The notes under the pieces: model-generated
Databases searched by the model: none
Told to the model about the DNA's origin: nothing
What the model saw: only the letters and a program-made list of their open reading frames with translations
Assembly: GCA_001784055.1 (NCBI GenBank)
Contig: MFOZ01000003.1
Span: forward strand, 1-40,269
From: Candidatus Levybacteria bacterium RIFCSPLOWO2_01_FULL_42_15
Lineage (GTDB): Bacteria; Patescibacteriota; Microgenomatia; Levybacterales; UBA12049
Direction of reading: 5' to 3'
Length of the DNA: 40,269 bases
Shown: piece after piece, positions 1 through 7,987 of the stretch
Numbering within the stretch: the first letter of the stretch is position 1
Layout of the letters: every line of letters starts with the position of its first letter
Translations under genes and position numbers: made by a program

Positions 1-238
1 GGATTACTGGGAATACCCCGTACACAAAAAACGGAAAACCTTTATTGATTGGATTAAAAGGAGACTGTTGAGGATTTATATATTCAGAAAAACTTTGCGG
101 TAAAGAGAGCGCGTTGCCAACCATCGTAAGGAATCGTTCATCAGGATGCAGATGGAAGGACTGATCCCAGTTTATGTTAAGGGTCCTAAGGAAAAACCCT
201 AAAATTACAATTGCGCTAAGAATGATCGCTGATTTCAT
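1..238 (-). CDS. GT-C-type membrane glycosyltransferase, N-terminal fragment (runs off the window)
   Basis: Not in the ORF track. My own translation from the ATG at 238..236 gives MKSAIILSAIVILGFFLRTLNINWDQSFHLHPDERFLTMVGNAL... It has the same TM1 plus W-x3-F-x-HPDER first-loop motif as the upstream 534-aa paralog. ATGA start/stop overlap at 235..238. Confidence 0.6.
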   Translation of the reverse strand, partial: MKSAIILSAIVILGFFLRTLNINWDQSFHLHPDERFLTMVGNALSLPQSFSEYINPQQSPFNPINKGFPFFVYGVFPVI

Positions 239-1839
239 ACACGTTTAAATATCAATACCTGTGGTCTATCAAATATGTTTGCCGTTTGTTCAAATCGGAA
301 CGTAGGATCCCCAAGATAGAGTATGTTGCACCATAGGTCACAAGGAGTTTCATAGACTTTCTTAAAGCCGCTTTTTTCATCAAAAAGATTTTGATAAAAG
401 GAGTGTCCTTTTGGGAAGACGTTGGGGTTTATCAGTCTTGAGGCAATGACTCGTTGGCTGGGAAGGATGATATAGTCAAACGTTTCTAAGTTAGGAACAA
501 TATCGTCTTGTTCTAGTTGATAGGTATTTAGAAGCGTAATGTTTGAAAACAAAGAGTTAAAGGGTAGAATCCCTAAATCGTATGCTTCGGTTGCGATGGA
601 TGCATTAAGGGAGATATGATTTTTTGCCCACTGCGCCGCCTGAATTCTGACATCTTTCTTCAAATGAACGGTTATTACATACGAAAGAGCATACCCAATA
701 CTCACAACACCTATGACACTTACTGCAATTATACTAATATAATTGCAGTAGCGAGCGGGTTGGGTTTTTGCATCGTTGTATTCTTTAGCAAGTAACCTTA
801 AGAAATCGGAAACGGAGATTGCGATCATAAGATACGCAAAGGGAAGAGTTGGCACCATATAACGGGTCCACTTGGCAAACAGAAATGCTTGAGAGAAAAA
901 AAGACTTGCGAAAAATCCAACAAGCAAAAATAAACCGGGATCGCGCCTTTTGAAAGCAACATAAGAAACGTACAGGAATGAAGGAATTAGTAGGAAAGAA
1001 AGAATCGGATTAAAAAGGAAAGGGTACACGTGAGTAAATTGAAACACAACCGGGATCGCACCAATAAAGACTTCTGTGTAAAAAACGGGCAGCCTTCCTA
1101 AGGCAACAGAAGCCTCGTACTGAATGCTAGAGAAAAATCCAGGATAATCTAAAACCGCAAAGGGGGATGTGGAAATGAAAACTCCCGAGGCAACAAAAAA
1201 GAATAAGAGGAGATGGGATACCAATGAGCACAACCGCTTTCTATATGCAAAAACGATTGCGCTAGCAAAAAGAGGAACAATTGCAAAAGAAGAAACTTTT
1301 GTTGAGAGAAGAAGACCTAAGGTCACAGAACTCCCCAGCCCATAGATACGTTTTTTTGTCGAAAGAAATTTATTCAGAAAATAAAACAGAAGAAGAAATT
1401 CAAATGAAAGCCACATTTCAAAGGTTCCAAGATGCGCAAATTGGATTAATCCAACACTAAAGATAGAGAGGGTAAAAGCAAAAAGCGCTGTTGTAGTGTT
1501 TTTTATTTGTTTTCCGACAATAAATACAAAAATGGTGAGAAGGATTGAAAGTATCGCTGAATACGCGCGGCTTACCAAAATTGCGGTTTCAAAAGAAACA
1601 ATAGGCTGCAATGCTTTCCATAGAAGAGAGCTAACATAAATGATGTAAATAGGGAATGTCCCATACGCAAAAAAGTGGGGATGAAGATTGGTTGGGAACT
1701 TAAGCTGGGAGACAGAGGAGGCAATATTTCTTTCATCAGGATGGAAAAAGAACGGCTCTCCCCAGTTGAGATTTGAAAACCTCCAAAAACAGGCGATAGT
1801 AATGAGTATAAAAATGAGAGCGTATCCTAAGACGCGCAT
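235..1839 (-). CDS. Polytopic GT-C-fold (GT39/ArnT/PMT-like) membrane glycosyltransferase
   Basis: 534-aa ORF with many predicted TM helices. The first loop, NWGEPFFFHPDERN, carries an acidic DE pair as in GT-C enzymes. The C-terminal part is a soluble domain. ATG at 1839; 13-nt overlap with the upstream gene. Confidence 0.75.
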   Translation of the reverse strand: MRVLGYALIFILITIACFWRFSNLNWGEPFFFHPDERNIASSVSQLKFPTNLHPHFFAYGTFPIYIIYVSSLLWKALQPIVSFETAILVSRAYSAILSILLTIFVFIVGKQIKNTTTALFAFTLSIFSVGLIQFAHLGTFEMWLSFEFLLLFYFLNKFLSTKKRIYGLGSSVTLGLLLSTKVSSFAIVPLFASAIVFAYRKRLCSLVSHLLLFFFVASGVFISTSPFAVLDYPGFFSSIQYEASVALGRLPVFYTEVFIGAIPVVFQFTHVYPFLFNPILSFLLIPSFLYVSYVAFKRRDPGLFLLVGFFASLFFSQAFLFAKWTRYMVPTLPFAYLMIAISVSDFLRLLAKEYNDAKTQPARYCNYISIIAVSVIGVVSIGYALSYVITVHLKKDVRIQAAQWAKNHISLNASIATEAYDLGILPFNSLFSNITLLNTYQLEQDDIVPNLETFDYIILPSQRVIASRLINPNVFPKGHSFYQNLFDEKSGFKKVYETPCDLWCNILYLGDPTFRFEQTANIFDRPQVLIFKRV

Positions 1840-3107
1840 ATCAACTCTGCCGCTTTTTCTCCTTCTTGAATTGCGTAATTTGTTCCTCTATCCCAAGGAT
1901 AAATCTGTTGGATGTTAGATAAAAACACATGTCTAAGGGGAGTCTTAAAGGGAGGGAGTATTCGCGAGTAGTATTTGGGAATCACCGGTTGAGCAAAAGG
2001 AGATTTGAATACATGGTAGTTAATAATGTTTTTCCGGTAGTCCTTGTTGATTTTTTTTAAAAAAGGATCGTATAGGTCAAGAAGCTCATCAGCGCTCTTA
2101 AGAAAAAAGGGGTGGCACGGGTCAAGATATTTTCCTACGTATACAATGTGTTCATTATTATAATGCGCTTTGTCCATAAAATTCGTGTGTTCTACGATTG
2201 CGGTTGCGGGAGAGTTGAGGTCACAAATACTAAGCCAGTAGGTTTTATCTCTCATAAATTGTTTTTTAAGCCGCAGGATGAGATTTATTGATCCTAACCC
2301 GCGTAGGTCTTTCAGTTTTTTTTGATACTCGCTTGGCAGTTGGGGCGCTATTTGAAGAAATAGGGCACTTGGTACGGTTACCAGGAGTTTTTCAAAAGAG
2401 CGTTGTGTATGGATTTTTTTGCTTTGCATCTCAACAGAAACAGCATTCTCTGAAGAAATGTTTAAAACCGTGGTATCAAAAAGCACCTTTCCTCCCTCTT
2501 TTCGTATTTGATTGGTAAGTTCTTGAGCGAACATGAGAAATCCTCCTTTGGGATATGCAAGGTGTTGTGTTCTTTTTTTGATCCTAGCCCAGAACCACGC
2601 AAGGGAAATTTGCGCAGCGTAGTCACCGAATTTTAAAACAAGCTGAGGATTCCAGATTGTATCAAAACAACTCTGCCCCATGGCTTTTGCTAAAACTTGA
2701 GACGTAGAATATGCTTCCAGCGGTTTCCAAAAAGGATTAAACTTAAGAAGCCCCAATACAAAACCCATACGGATTTTTTCAACGGGAGAAAGCTTTGGAA
2801 ACCATAGGACACTTGATACGGAATCAAACTGATAGAGGGAGTCTTGAAAAAAGATAGATGTTTTTGGGCGTTTTATCACTACTTCCCAATTGAGTTTGCC
2901 GGCGAGTCCCAGCGCGGAGGTATCATTAGTAAACCAATGATGATAATGTTTCTCAAGGCTCCATTCCCAACCTTTTTCTTGAAACCCTACCGCAAGGCCC
3001 CCCGGATAGGACTCTTTCTCTAAAACAACTACGTTGTGCCCGCGGCGCACCAGAGAAAGAGCCGTAGCAAGTCCTGTGAATCCTGCCCCGATGATTCCTA
3101 TGTTCAT
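1827..3107 (-). CDS. FAD/NAD(P)-binding oxidoreductase (amine-oxidase / phytoene-desaturase-like Rossmann family)
   Basis: The N-terminus MNIGIIGAGFTGLATALSLVRRGHNVVVLEKESYPGGLA is a classic GxGxxG-x17-E dinucleotide-binding fold. 426 aa. The substrate cannot be read from the sequence. Confidence 0.85.
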   Translation of the reverse strand: MNIGIIGAGFTGLATALSLVRRGHNVVVLEKESYPGGLAVGFQEKGWEWSLEKHYHHWFTNDTSALGLAGKLNWEVVIKRPKTSIFFQDSLYQFDSVSSVLWFPKLSPVEKIRMGFVLGLLKFNPFWKPLEAYSTSQVLAKAMGQSCFDTIWNPQLVLKFGDYAAQISLAWFWARIKKRTQHLAYPKGGFLMFAQELTNQIRKEGGKVLFDTTVLNISSENAVSVEMQSKKIHTQRSFEKLLVTVPSALFLQIAPQLPSEYQKKLKDLRGLGSINLILRLKKQFMRDKTYWLSICDLNSPATAIVEHTNFMDKAHYNNEHIVYVGKYLDPCHPFFLKSADELLDLYDPFLKKINKDYRKNIINYHVFKSPFAQPVIPKYYSRILPPFKTPLRHVFLSNIQQIYPWDRGTNYAIQEGEKAAELICAS

Positions 3108-3110
3108 AAT

Positions 3111-4457
3111 CTACGAACGGGTCTTTTGTAAAGAGAAGAGAACAGTAGAGGATATTGTAAGACCAAGCGCAAAAAGCGCCAAGGGGAAAACGTATGATGT
3201 TCCTGGTTCCGCAAGCTCGCCTCCTTTCCGAGAAGACTGCGCACTGGCGCTAGGAGTTGCCAAAAGTACTCCTGTCCCCGTTGGTTTCGGGATCAAGGTG
3301 GGAGAAGGGGATGGCGTGGGAGAGAGAAGAGGGATTTGCGTAGGCGTTATCAAAGGAACGCTTTCTTGCGCAAATACGCTAAAGGATTGTGAAAGCGTTC
3401 TGATTATTCCTGAGCCATCTTTGGTGGTTATTGTTATGATATGGTCTCCTGCCGCAAGAGGGGTTTCCGGACGAAAGGACCAATTGCCATTGCGATCTGT
3501 TGTCAGCGTAGTTTTTATTTCCGCAGCAGATTGAATAATGATTGCCACCGTTTCATTAGGAGCAGCGATTCCTCTTAGGAGAGGCTGTGTTTGGGTGAAT
3601 ACTTCATTTTTCTTAGGCGAGATAATCTGCGGAGGCCTTCCGCCGGAAGGAGAAGAGGTGGGAAACTTGAGAGAGGATGAAGGAGTACTTTCGGGCTGAG
3701 ACAAAGTAAAATCATCCTTAGAAAAATCATAATTGTTTGTAAGAGAAATGGGAGGTATCGATTTTGCTTGTTGCGCAAGGATTGTTATTGATGATGTGTC
3801 GGAAGGACCAATGATGGTAAGGGATATAATACTCGCTTGTCGTATCGTAGCAAGGGACAAGAGAGCACCGTTTCTTATATCTGAAAAGTTAAGATTGTAT
3901 GTGCCGTCTGTTTTGGCAAGCGTTGAAAGGGTTTGGGAGGATGAAGATTTAAGATAGACAATGGCTTTATCAGAACCGGTGTTCTCAGAAAACACTTTTC
4001 CCTTTGCAAGAAACAAAGCCAAGCTTGCATCAAGCGTTGGTCCCGTGGTGATCCGGAAGGGTTGGCCGTTATCTAAAAACGTTTTGTCAGACGAAGCAAT
4101 AGAAAAGAAATACGCGGTAGAAGGAATAAGAGCATGAACGCTTATATAGTGCAAGAAGTAGGCAGATGCGTTTCCCCTCTGCTTGTCGCGATCGTCTAAG
4201 ACAATAGTTTGGGTATTGTCGTTTGCTTTCGAGACGACAAGAGAGCCAAAAACGGCGCTCCGCGTCCTATAGGAAACAGTAAAAGAAGTATCGGTAACGT
4301 TGGTAATTTGAACATCTTGTGGGTCTATAGAGACGGACGCGGTTCCTAAAAAAATGGTTCCCTGTTGAGTAAGATAAGAAGTTGCCCATACGCCTATTAC
4401 GATAAGAACGGCTGCAACAAGCGTAGGGATGCGAGCATCTAAAACAGCATTTTTCAT
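3111..4457 (-). CDS. Large surface protein with N-terminal signal-anchor, FN3/Ig-like beta-sandwich modules, P/T/S linker and C-terminal TM anchor
   Basis: 448 aa. N-terminal hydrophobic segment IPTLVAAVLIVIGVWATSYL. FN3-like stretch PQDVQITNVTDTSFTVSYRT. Ig-like stretch TTDRNGNWSFRPETPLAAGDHIITITTKD. Pro/Ser/Thr-rich linker. The C-terminus is ELAEPGTS + hydrophobic helix + QKTRS. ATGA overlap with the upstream gene at 4454..4457. Confidence 0.8.
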   Translation of the reverse strand: MKNAVLDARIPTLVAAVLIVIGVWATSYLTQQGTIFLGTASVSIDPQDVQITNVTDTSFTVSYRTRSAVFGSLVVSKANDNTQTIVLDDRDKQRGNASAYFLHYISVHALIPSTAYFFSIASSDKTFLDNGQPFRITTGPTLDASLALFLAKGKVFSENTGSDKAIVYLKSSSSQTLSTLAKTDGTYNLNFSDIRNGALLSLATIRQASIISLTIIGPSDTSSITILAQQAKSIPPISLTNNYDFSKDDFTLSQPESTPSSSLKFPTSSPSGGRPPQIISPKKNEVFTQTQPLLRGIAAPNETVAIIIQSAAEIKTTLTTDRNGNWSFRPETPLAAGDHIITITTKDGSGIIRTLSQSFSVFAQESVPLITPTQIPLLSPTPSPSPTLIPKPTGTGVLLATPSASAQSSRKGGELAEPGTSYVFPLALFALGLTISSTVLFSLQKTRS

Positions 4458-4753
4458 AGCTGATTTATTTGTGAAGACTGAGTTGATTGTTCAGCCGGGG
4501 TAGGAAGTACTGCGGATTGGGTTGATTGGGCCGTTTCTGCTTGAGGTGTTTCAAATGATGGAGTAATCTTTTGGCGTTGTTTGAGGTTTTTGATACTAAG
4601 CGTATCGAAGTCAGGAGCGATAGACTCTATCTTTATCTGCAGATCTTTTGGAATCGTTGAGGAGACGGCGTTGTGATATACGCTAAATAGTATCCACGCA
4701 AGGACCATTACACAGGTAGACCCAAAAATGAAAAGAATATCTTTTTGTTTCAT
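4454..4753 (-). CDS. Small bitopic membrane protein (hypothetical)
   Basis: 99 aa with one N-terminal TM (ILFIFGSTCVMVLAWILFSVY) and a Q/S/T-rich tail. ATG start; tightly packed in the operon. Confidence 0.65.
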   Translation of the reverse strand: MKQKDILFIFGSTCVMVLAWILFSVYHNAVSSTIPKDLQIKIESIAPDFDTLSIKNLKQRQKITPSFETPQAETAQSTQSAVLPTPAEQSTQSSQINQL

Positions 4754-4756
4754 ACG

Positions 4757-5368
4757 CTATTTTTTAAAGTATGCCTTTCCCGAGAGCGTAATTTGTTTTT
4801 CGTTCTGACTTGCAAGACTCGCAATGGACACATTCTCAATTGTCACGATCCGCTCAAACTCCACAAGATTGGCAAGAAGACGCGCAACATCCTCATTTGT
4901 TCCCTTCGCAGTGAAGGTAAATGCGAAAGAAGCATACGTATGGGTGATGTCCTTTTTCAGAAGTTGGAGTTCTTCTACCTGGATGAGAGATACAGAAATC
5001 CTATTATTTGTAAAAAGTGTCTGAAGCTGTCCGACAAAAACAGCAATAGCGGGGTCCTGCGGAAGTGCAGAAAAGATAAATGGGAGATCCGTACCAAGCG
5101 CGTTGTATTTTTGCTGGAGAGTGCTTAAGTTGGCATTTTTTTGCTTAATACTCACATAGACGGCTTTACTATCCGAGAGCTGTTTTCTTAATTGGGTAAT
5201 CGTTGAGAGTGTCGGGCTTACCGCAAAAAAACCAAACAGCGCTACTGCGATAAATGTGAAGCTTAACATAGTAGCCTTACGCAACTCTTCTTCTTTGAGC
5301 CGAGGAGCAATCCGTATATACGAATTTTTTAAAAAGTCCCTTACTATATAGGTGCGTTTGGTAATCAT
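4757..5368 (-). CDS. PilO-like bitopic membrane protein
   Basis: Architecture: short cytoplasmic N-terminus, one TM (MLSFTFIAVALFGFFAVSP), a coiled-coil (LRKQLSDSKAVYVSIKQKNANLSTLQQKYNAL), then an alpha/beta C-terminal domain. I prefer the first ATG at 5368 over the track's TTG at 5386. It sits directly after the PilN-like stop at 5370. Confidence 0.55.
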   Translation of the reverse strand: MITKRTYIVRDFLKNSYIRIAPRLKEEELRKATMLSFTFIAVALFGFFAVSPTLSTITQLRKQLSDSKAVYVSIKQKNANLSTLQQKYNALGTDLPFIFSALPQDPAIAVFVGQLQTLFTNNRISVSLIQVEELQLLKKDITHTYASFAFTFTAKGTNEDVARLLANLVEFERIVTIENVSIASLASQNEKQITLSGKAYFKK

Positions 5369-5369
5369 G

Positions 5370-5906
5370 TTATTTTTTAAAAACAATATTGAGACTAAAC
5401 GCTATGGTCGATGTGGATATCCTATTGTCAATTTTGTCAAGAATCGTCGTTTGCACGTCGGGGAGCTTTTTAATTGATTGGATAAGCGTTTTAAGAGATT
5501 CTCCGGATCTGGTGTTTGCTTTGATACTCATGCTTTTTGTTGTGAGGGCAAGACTTGTTGTGGTAATATCTTGTGGGATAAGGTCGGTAATCTCAAAGAA
5601 CAACCCAACGTTTCTCTTTGAGGAAGATGCCAGCTCAGACGCAAATGAAAGTCGCTCCTGAAGATTTCTAAACGTTTTTTCCTGTTCTTTAAACAACTCA
5701 AGGATTTTCTGCTCTTGTTTTGTATTATCTCGCAGATCGATAATTTCTCGATCCAAAGAGAAGCGATACAGGAACGCAGAAAGCGCAATAATTTCCGTAA
5801 CAATAATAATTACTCTCCCTGCGCTAAGAGCCCAAGCTAAAAATCGGTCAAAAAAACTCTTATGCTTTCCTTTAACAAGGTTGATAAGGGCAGGTTTACT
5901 ACTCAT
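5370..5906 (-). CDS. PilN-like bitopic membrane protein
   Basis: 178 aa. The N-terminal ALINLV resembles the INLLP PilM-binding motif. It is followed by one TM (VIIIVTEIIALSAFLY), then a coiled-coil and an alpha/beta domain. Confidence 0.55.
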   Translation of the reverse strand: MSSKPALINLVKGKHKSFFDRFLAWALSAGRVIIIVTEIIALSAFLYRFSLDREIIDLRDNTKQEQKILELFKEQEKTFRNLQERLSFASELASSSKRNVGLFFEITDLIPQDITTTSLALTTKSMSIKANTRSGESLKTLIQSIKKLPDVQTTILDKIDNRISTSTIAFSLNIVFKK

Positions 5907-5921
5907 GGGGTATTCCTATTT

Positions 5922-5950
5922 AGTCTATGCGTTTTTGGAGTCTTTGTCAA
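5922..5950 (-). promoter_or_regulatory. Sigma70-type promoter for the PilN-like operon: TTGACA-N17-TAGACT
   Basis: On the minus strand, TTGACA (5950..5945), an exact 17-nt spacer, then TAGACT (5927..5922). It lies 15 nt upstream of the ATG at 5906. Confidence 0.6.
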
Positions 5951-5962
5951 AGGGAAGAAGAC

Positions 5963-6271
5963 CTATTTTGAAGCTGTTTTTTGAGAAGAGGAGGAAGACG
6001 GTTTCAGTCCTTGTTTATCGAAGGACAATTTTTTCTTTGGTTTTTTTCTTTTAGCAAGCATTGATTTTATTCGAGCGGCTTTGTTTACATGGATAATGTG
6101 TTTACGGGCGACTCGATCGGTAAACGAAACAGCCGCCCGTACTGCTTTTTCGGAACCGGTTTTTTTTGCGCTGCGAATAAGCTTTTTAAGAAAATCTTTT
6201 TGTTTTCTGTTGTGCGCAGTTCGTTTGATGTCGACTCGCTGTTTCTTTTTTGCTGATTTTATTACTGGCAT
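5963..6271 (-). CDS. rpsT: 30S ribosomal protein S20
   Basis: MPVIKSAKKKQRVDIKRTAHNRKQKDFLKKLIR... is the typical S20 N-terminus. 102 aa, with a Lys/Ser-rich C-terminal extension. Confidence 0.9.
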   Translation of the reverse strand: MPVIKSAKKKQRVDIKRTAHNRKQKDFLKKLIRSAKKTGSEKAVRAAVSFTDRVARKHIIHVNKAARIKSMLAKRKKPKKKLSFDKQGLKPSSSSSQKTASK

Positions 6272-6277
6272 GGGCTT

Positions 6278-6306
6278 ATTTTAGCATGCTATACTTGGAA
6301 AGACAA
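6278..6306 (-). promoter_or_regulatory. rpsT promoter: extended -10 TGCTAAAAT, with -35-like TTGTCT
   Basis: On the minus strand, TGCTAAAAT = 6286..6278, only 6 nt before the ATG at 6271, so the predicted +1 falls on the A of ATG. TTGTCT (6306..6301) sits at a 17-nt spacing. Confidence 0.6.
6287..6295 (+). promoter_or_regulatory. murJ promoter: extended -10 TGCTATACT
   Basis: TGCTATACT lies 12 nt upstream of the ATG at 6308. It abuts the rpsT -10 box inside the palindrome TAGCATGCTA. There is no good -35. Confidence 0.5.
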
Positions 6307-6307
6307 C

Positions 6308-7972
6308 ATGCAGGGAAACCTACTCCAAAAAGGCATAGACATATTTCTTAAGCGACAGACCAATATTCTTTCCGCGGCGTTTGTCATTATGGCAACCGTA
6401 TTGCTTTCCCAGTTCTTGGGAATTATAAGACAGCGCCTGTTGGTTTCTGTATTTGGTGCTTCTGATACCCTTGGGGTATATCTTGCCGCGACACGACTTC
6501 CCGATTTTATCTTTCAGCTTATTATCGCCGGTGCACTTTCTTCCGCGTTTATTCCAGTGTTTTCGGATTTTTTAACCAAAGGAAAAGAAAAAGAGGCCCA
6601 CAAAATGGCATCAACCCTTCTTATGCTTGGCATGCTTTTATTTGCCTCTGTTGCCCTTGTGCTGTTTATTATGGCGCCATTTTTTCTGAAAGTTTTTAAT
6701 CTTGGGTTAGGCTTTTCACCGACACAGATGGAACTTATGGTTCATATCATGAGAATTATTATTTTTGGTCAATTCATATTCATTGTGGGGACTTTCTTTT
6801 CGGCTCTCTTGCAATCCTACAACCACTTTTTTATCCCCGGTTTTGCTGCGGGAATGTATAACCTTGGCATTATTATTGCTCTTATTACTCTTCCTCCTGT
6901 TTTAGGAATTTTTGCTCCGGCGGTTGGAGTTCTTTTTGGAGCGTTTCTTTTTGTTCTCTTTCAGCTCCCAATGGTCGCAACAGTAGGATTCCATTTTCGG
7001 CCTTCTTTTTCTCTTCGAATCGAAGGCGTGATGCAAGTGGTAAAGCTTATGTGGCCAAGAACTCTTGCAATTGGTATTTTCCAAATGGGCGCTTTAGTGA
7101 CGCTTTCTTTAATATCGTTTCTTCCTTCTTCCGGAAGAAACTACGTAATTTTTGACTACGCACAAACACTTGCGTTTGCCCCCATTGTCTTATTTGGTCA
7201 AGCAATTGCCCAAGCGGTATTCCCTGTATTGTCACGGGAGAAAGATCGGCTTGAAGAGTTCAAGAGAACGTTTATCACAAGTTTCAATCAGATATTGTAT
7301 CTTATTTTGCCCGTTTCCGTTCTTTTTTTAGTCTTGCGAATTCCCATTGTGCGCCTCGTTTTTGGGGTAGCCGAATTTGATTGGGGAGCAACGGTTCTTA
7401 CCGGTAAAACACTTGCATATTTTTCCGTCTCAATGTTTGCCCAAAGCCTTGTGTATCTTGCGTCAAGAGGATTTTATGCGCTTCATAATACCAAAATCCC
7501 TCTTATTGTTGGGGGTATCGCAACGGGGGCAATGCTTGTTTTAGGGGGCGTTTTTATTCTTATATACCATTGGGGAGTTGAAAGCATTGCGATTGCATAT
7601 TCTTTTGCGAGCATAGTACATTTCATAATGCTTTTGTTTCTTCTGGATAAAAAAGTAGGAGGATTTGAAAAGCGCGTTCTTTTGGTATCAGCCGCAAAAA
7701 TAGGACTTGCAAGTTTGTGCACGGGATTTGCTTTATACATTCCTATTAAGCTTTTAGATCAATTAGTCTTTGACACAACCCGCACGATTAATCTACTCAT
7801 TCTTACCGGAATTTCAAGTTGTGCGGGCATCTCTCTTTATGTGTTTCTTACATGGTTTTTCAACGTTCCTGAGGCCACTACGTTTTTAGTTTTGTTTAGG
7901 CGTATCGGTAATTGGAAAGAGGTTTTGGGAAAAACAGAAGAGATTATTGATACCACAACGGTTAAACCATAG
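6308..7972 (+). CDS. murJ: Lipid II flippase MurJ (MviN family)
   Basis: 554-aa polytopic protein. The N-terminal LSQFLGIIRQRLLVSVFGASDTLGVYLAATRLPDFIFQLIIAGALSSAFIPVF matches the MurJ family signature region. Confidence 0.9.
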   Translation: MQGNLLQKGIDIFLKRQTNILSAAFVIMATVLLSQFLGIIRQRLLVSVFGASDTLGVYLAATRLPDFIFQLIIAGALSSAFIPVFSDFLTKGKEKEAHKMASTLLMLGMLLFASVALVLFIMAPFFLKVFNLGLGFSPTQMELMVHIMRIIIFGQFIFIVGTFFSALLQSYNHFFIPGFAAGMYNLGIIIALITLPPVLGIFAPAVGVLFGAFLFVLFQLPMVATVGFHFRPSFSLRIEGVMQVVKLMWPRTLAIGIFQMGALVTLSLISFLPSSGRNYVIFDYAQTLAFAPIVLFGQAIAQAVFPVLSREKDRLEEFKRTFITSFNQILYLILPVSVLFLVLRIPIVRLVFGVAEFDWGATVLTGKTLAYFSVSMFAQSLVYLASRGFYALHNTKIPLIVGGIATGAMLVLGGVFILIYHWGVESIAIAYSFASIVHFIMLLFLLDKKVGGFEKRVLLVSAAKIGLASLCTGFALYIPIKLLDQLVFDTTRTINLLILTGISSCAGISLYVFLTWFFNVPEATTFLVLFRRIGNWKEVLGKTEEIIDTTTVKP

Positions 7973-7987
7973 TGTTTCTTCAAAATC

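Noticed and set aside
3034-3534. 166-aa plus-strand ORF (and the neighbouring 3733..3957 ORF) opposite the 448-aa surface-protein gene
   Set aside because: It lies entirely antisense to a much longer ORF that has coherent domain architecture and operon context. Its composition (Gly/Val/Arg-rich) is typical of a shadow frame, and there is no promoter or start context.
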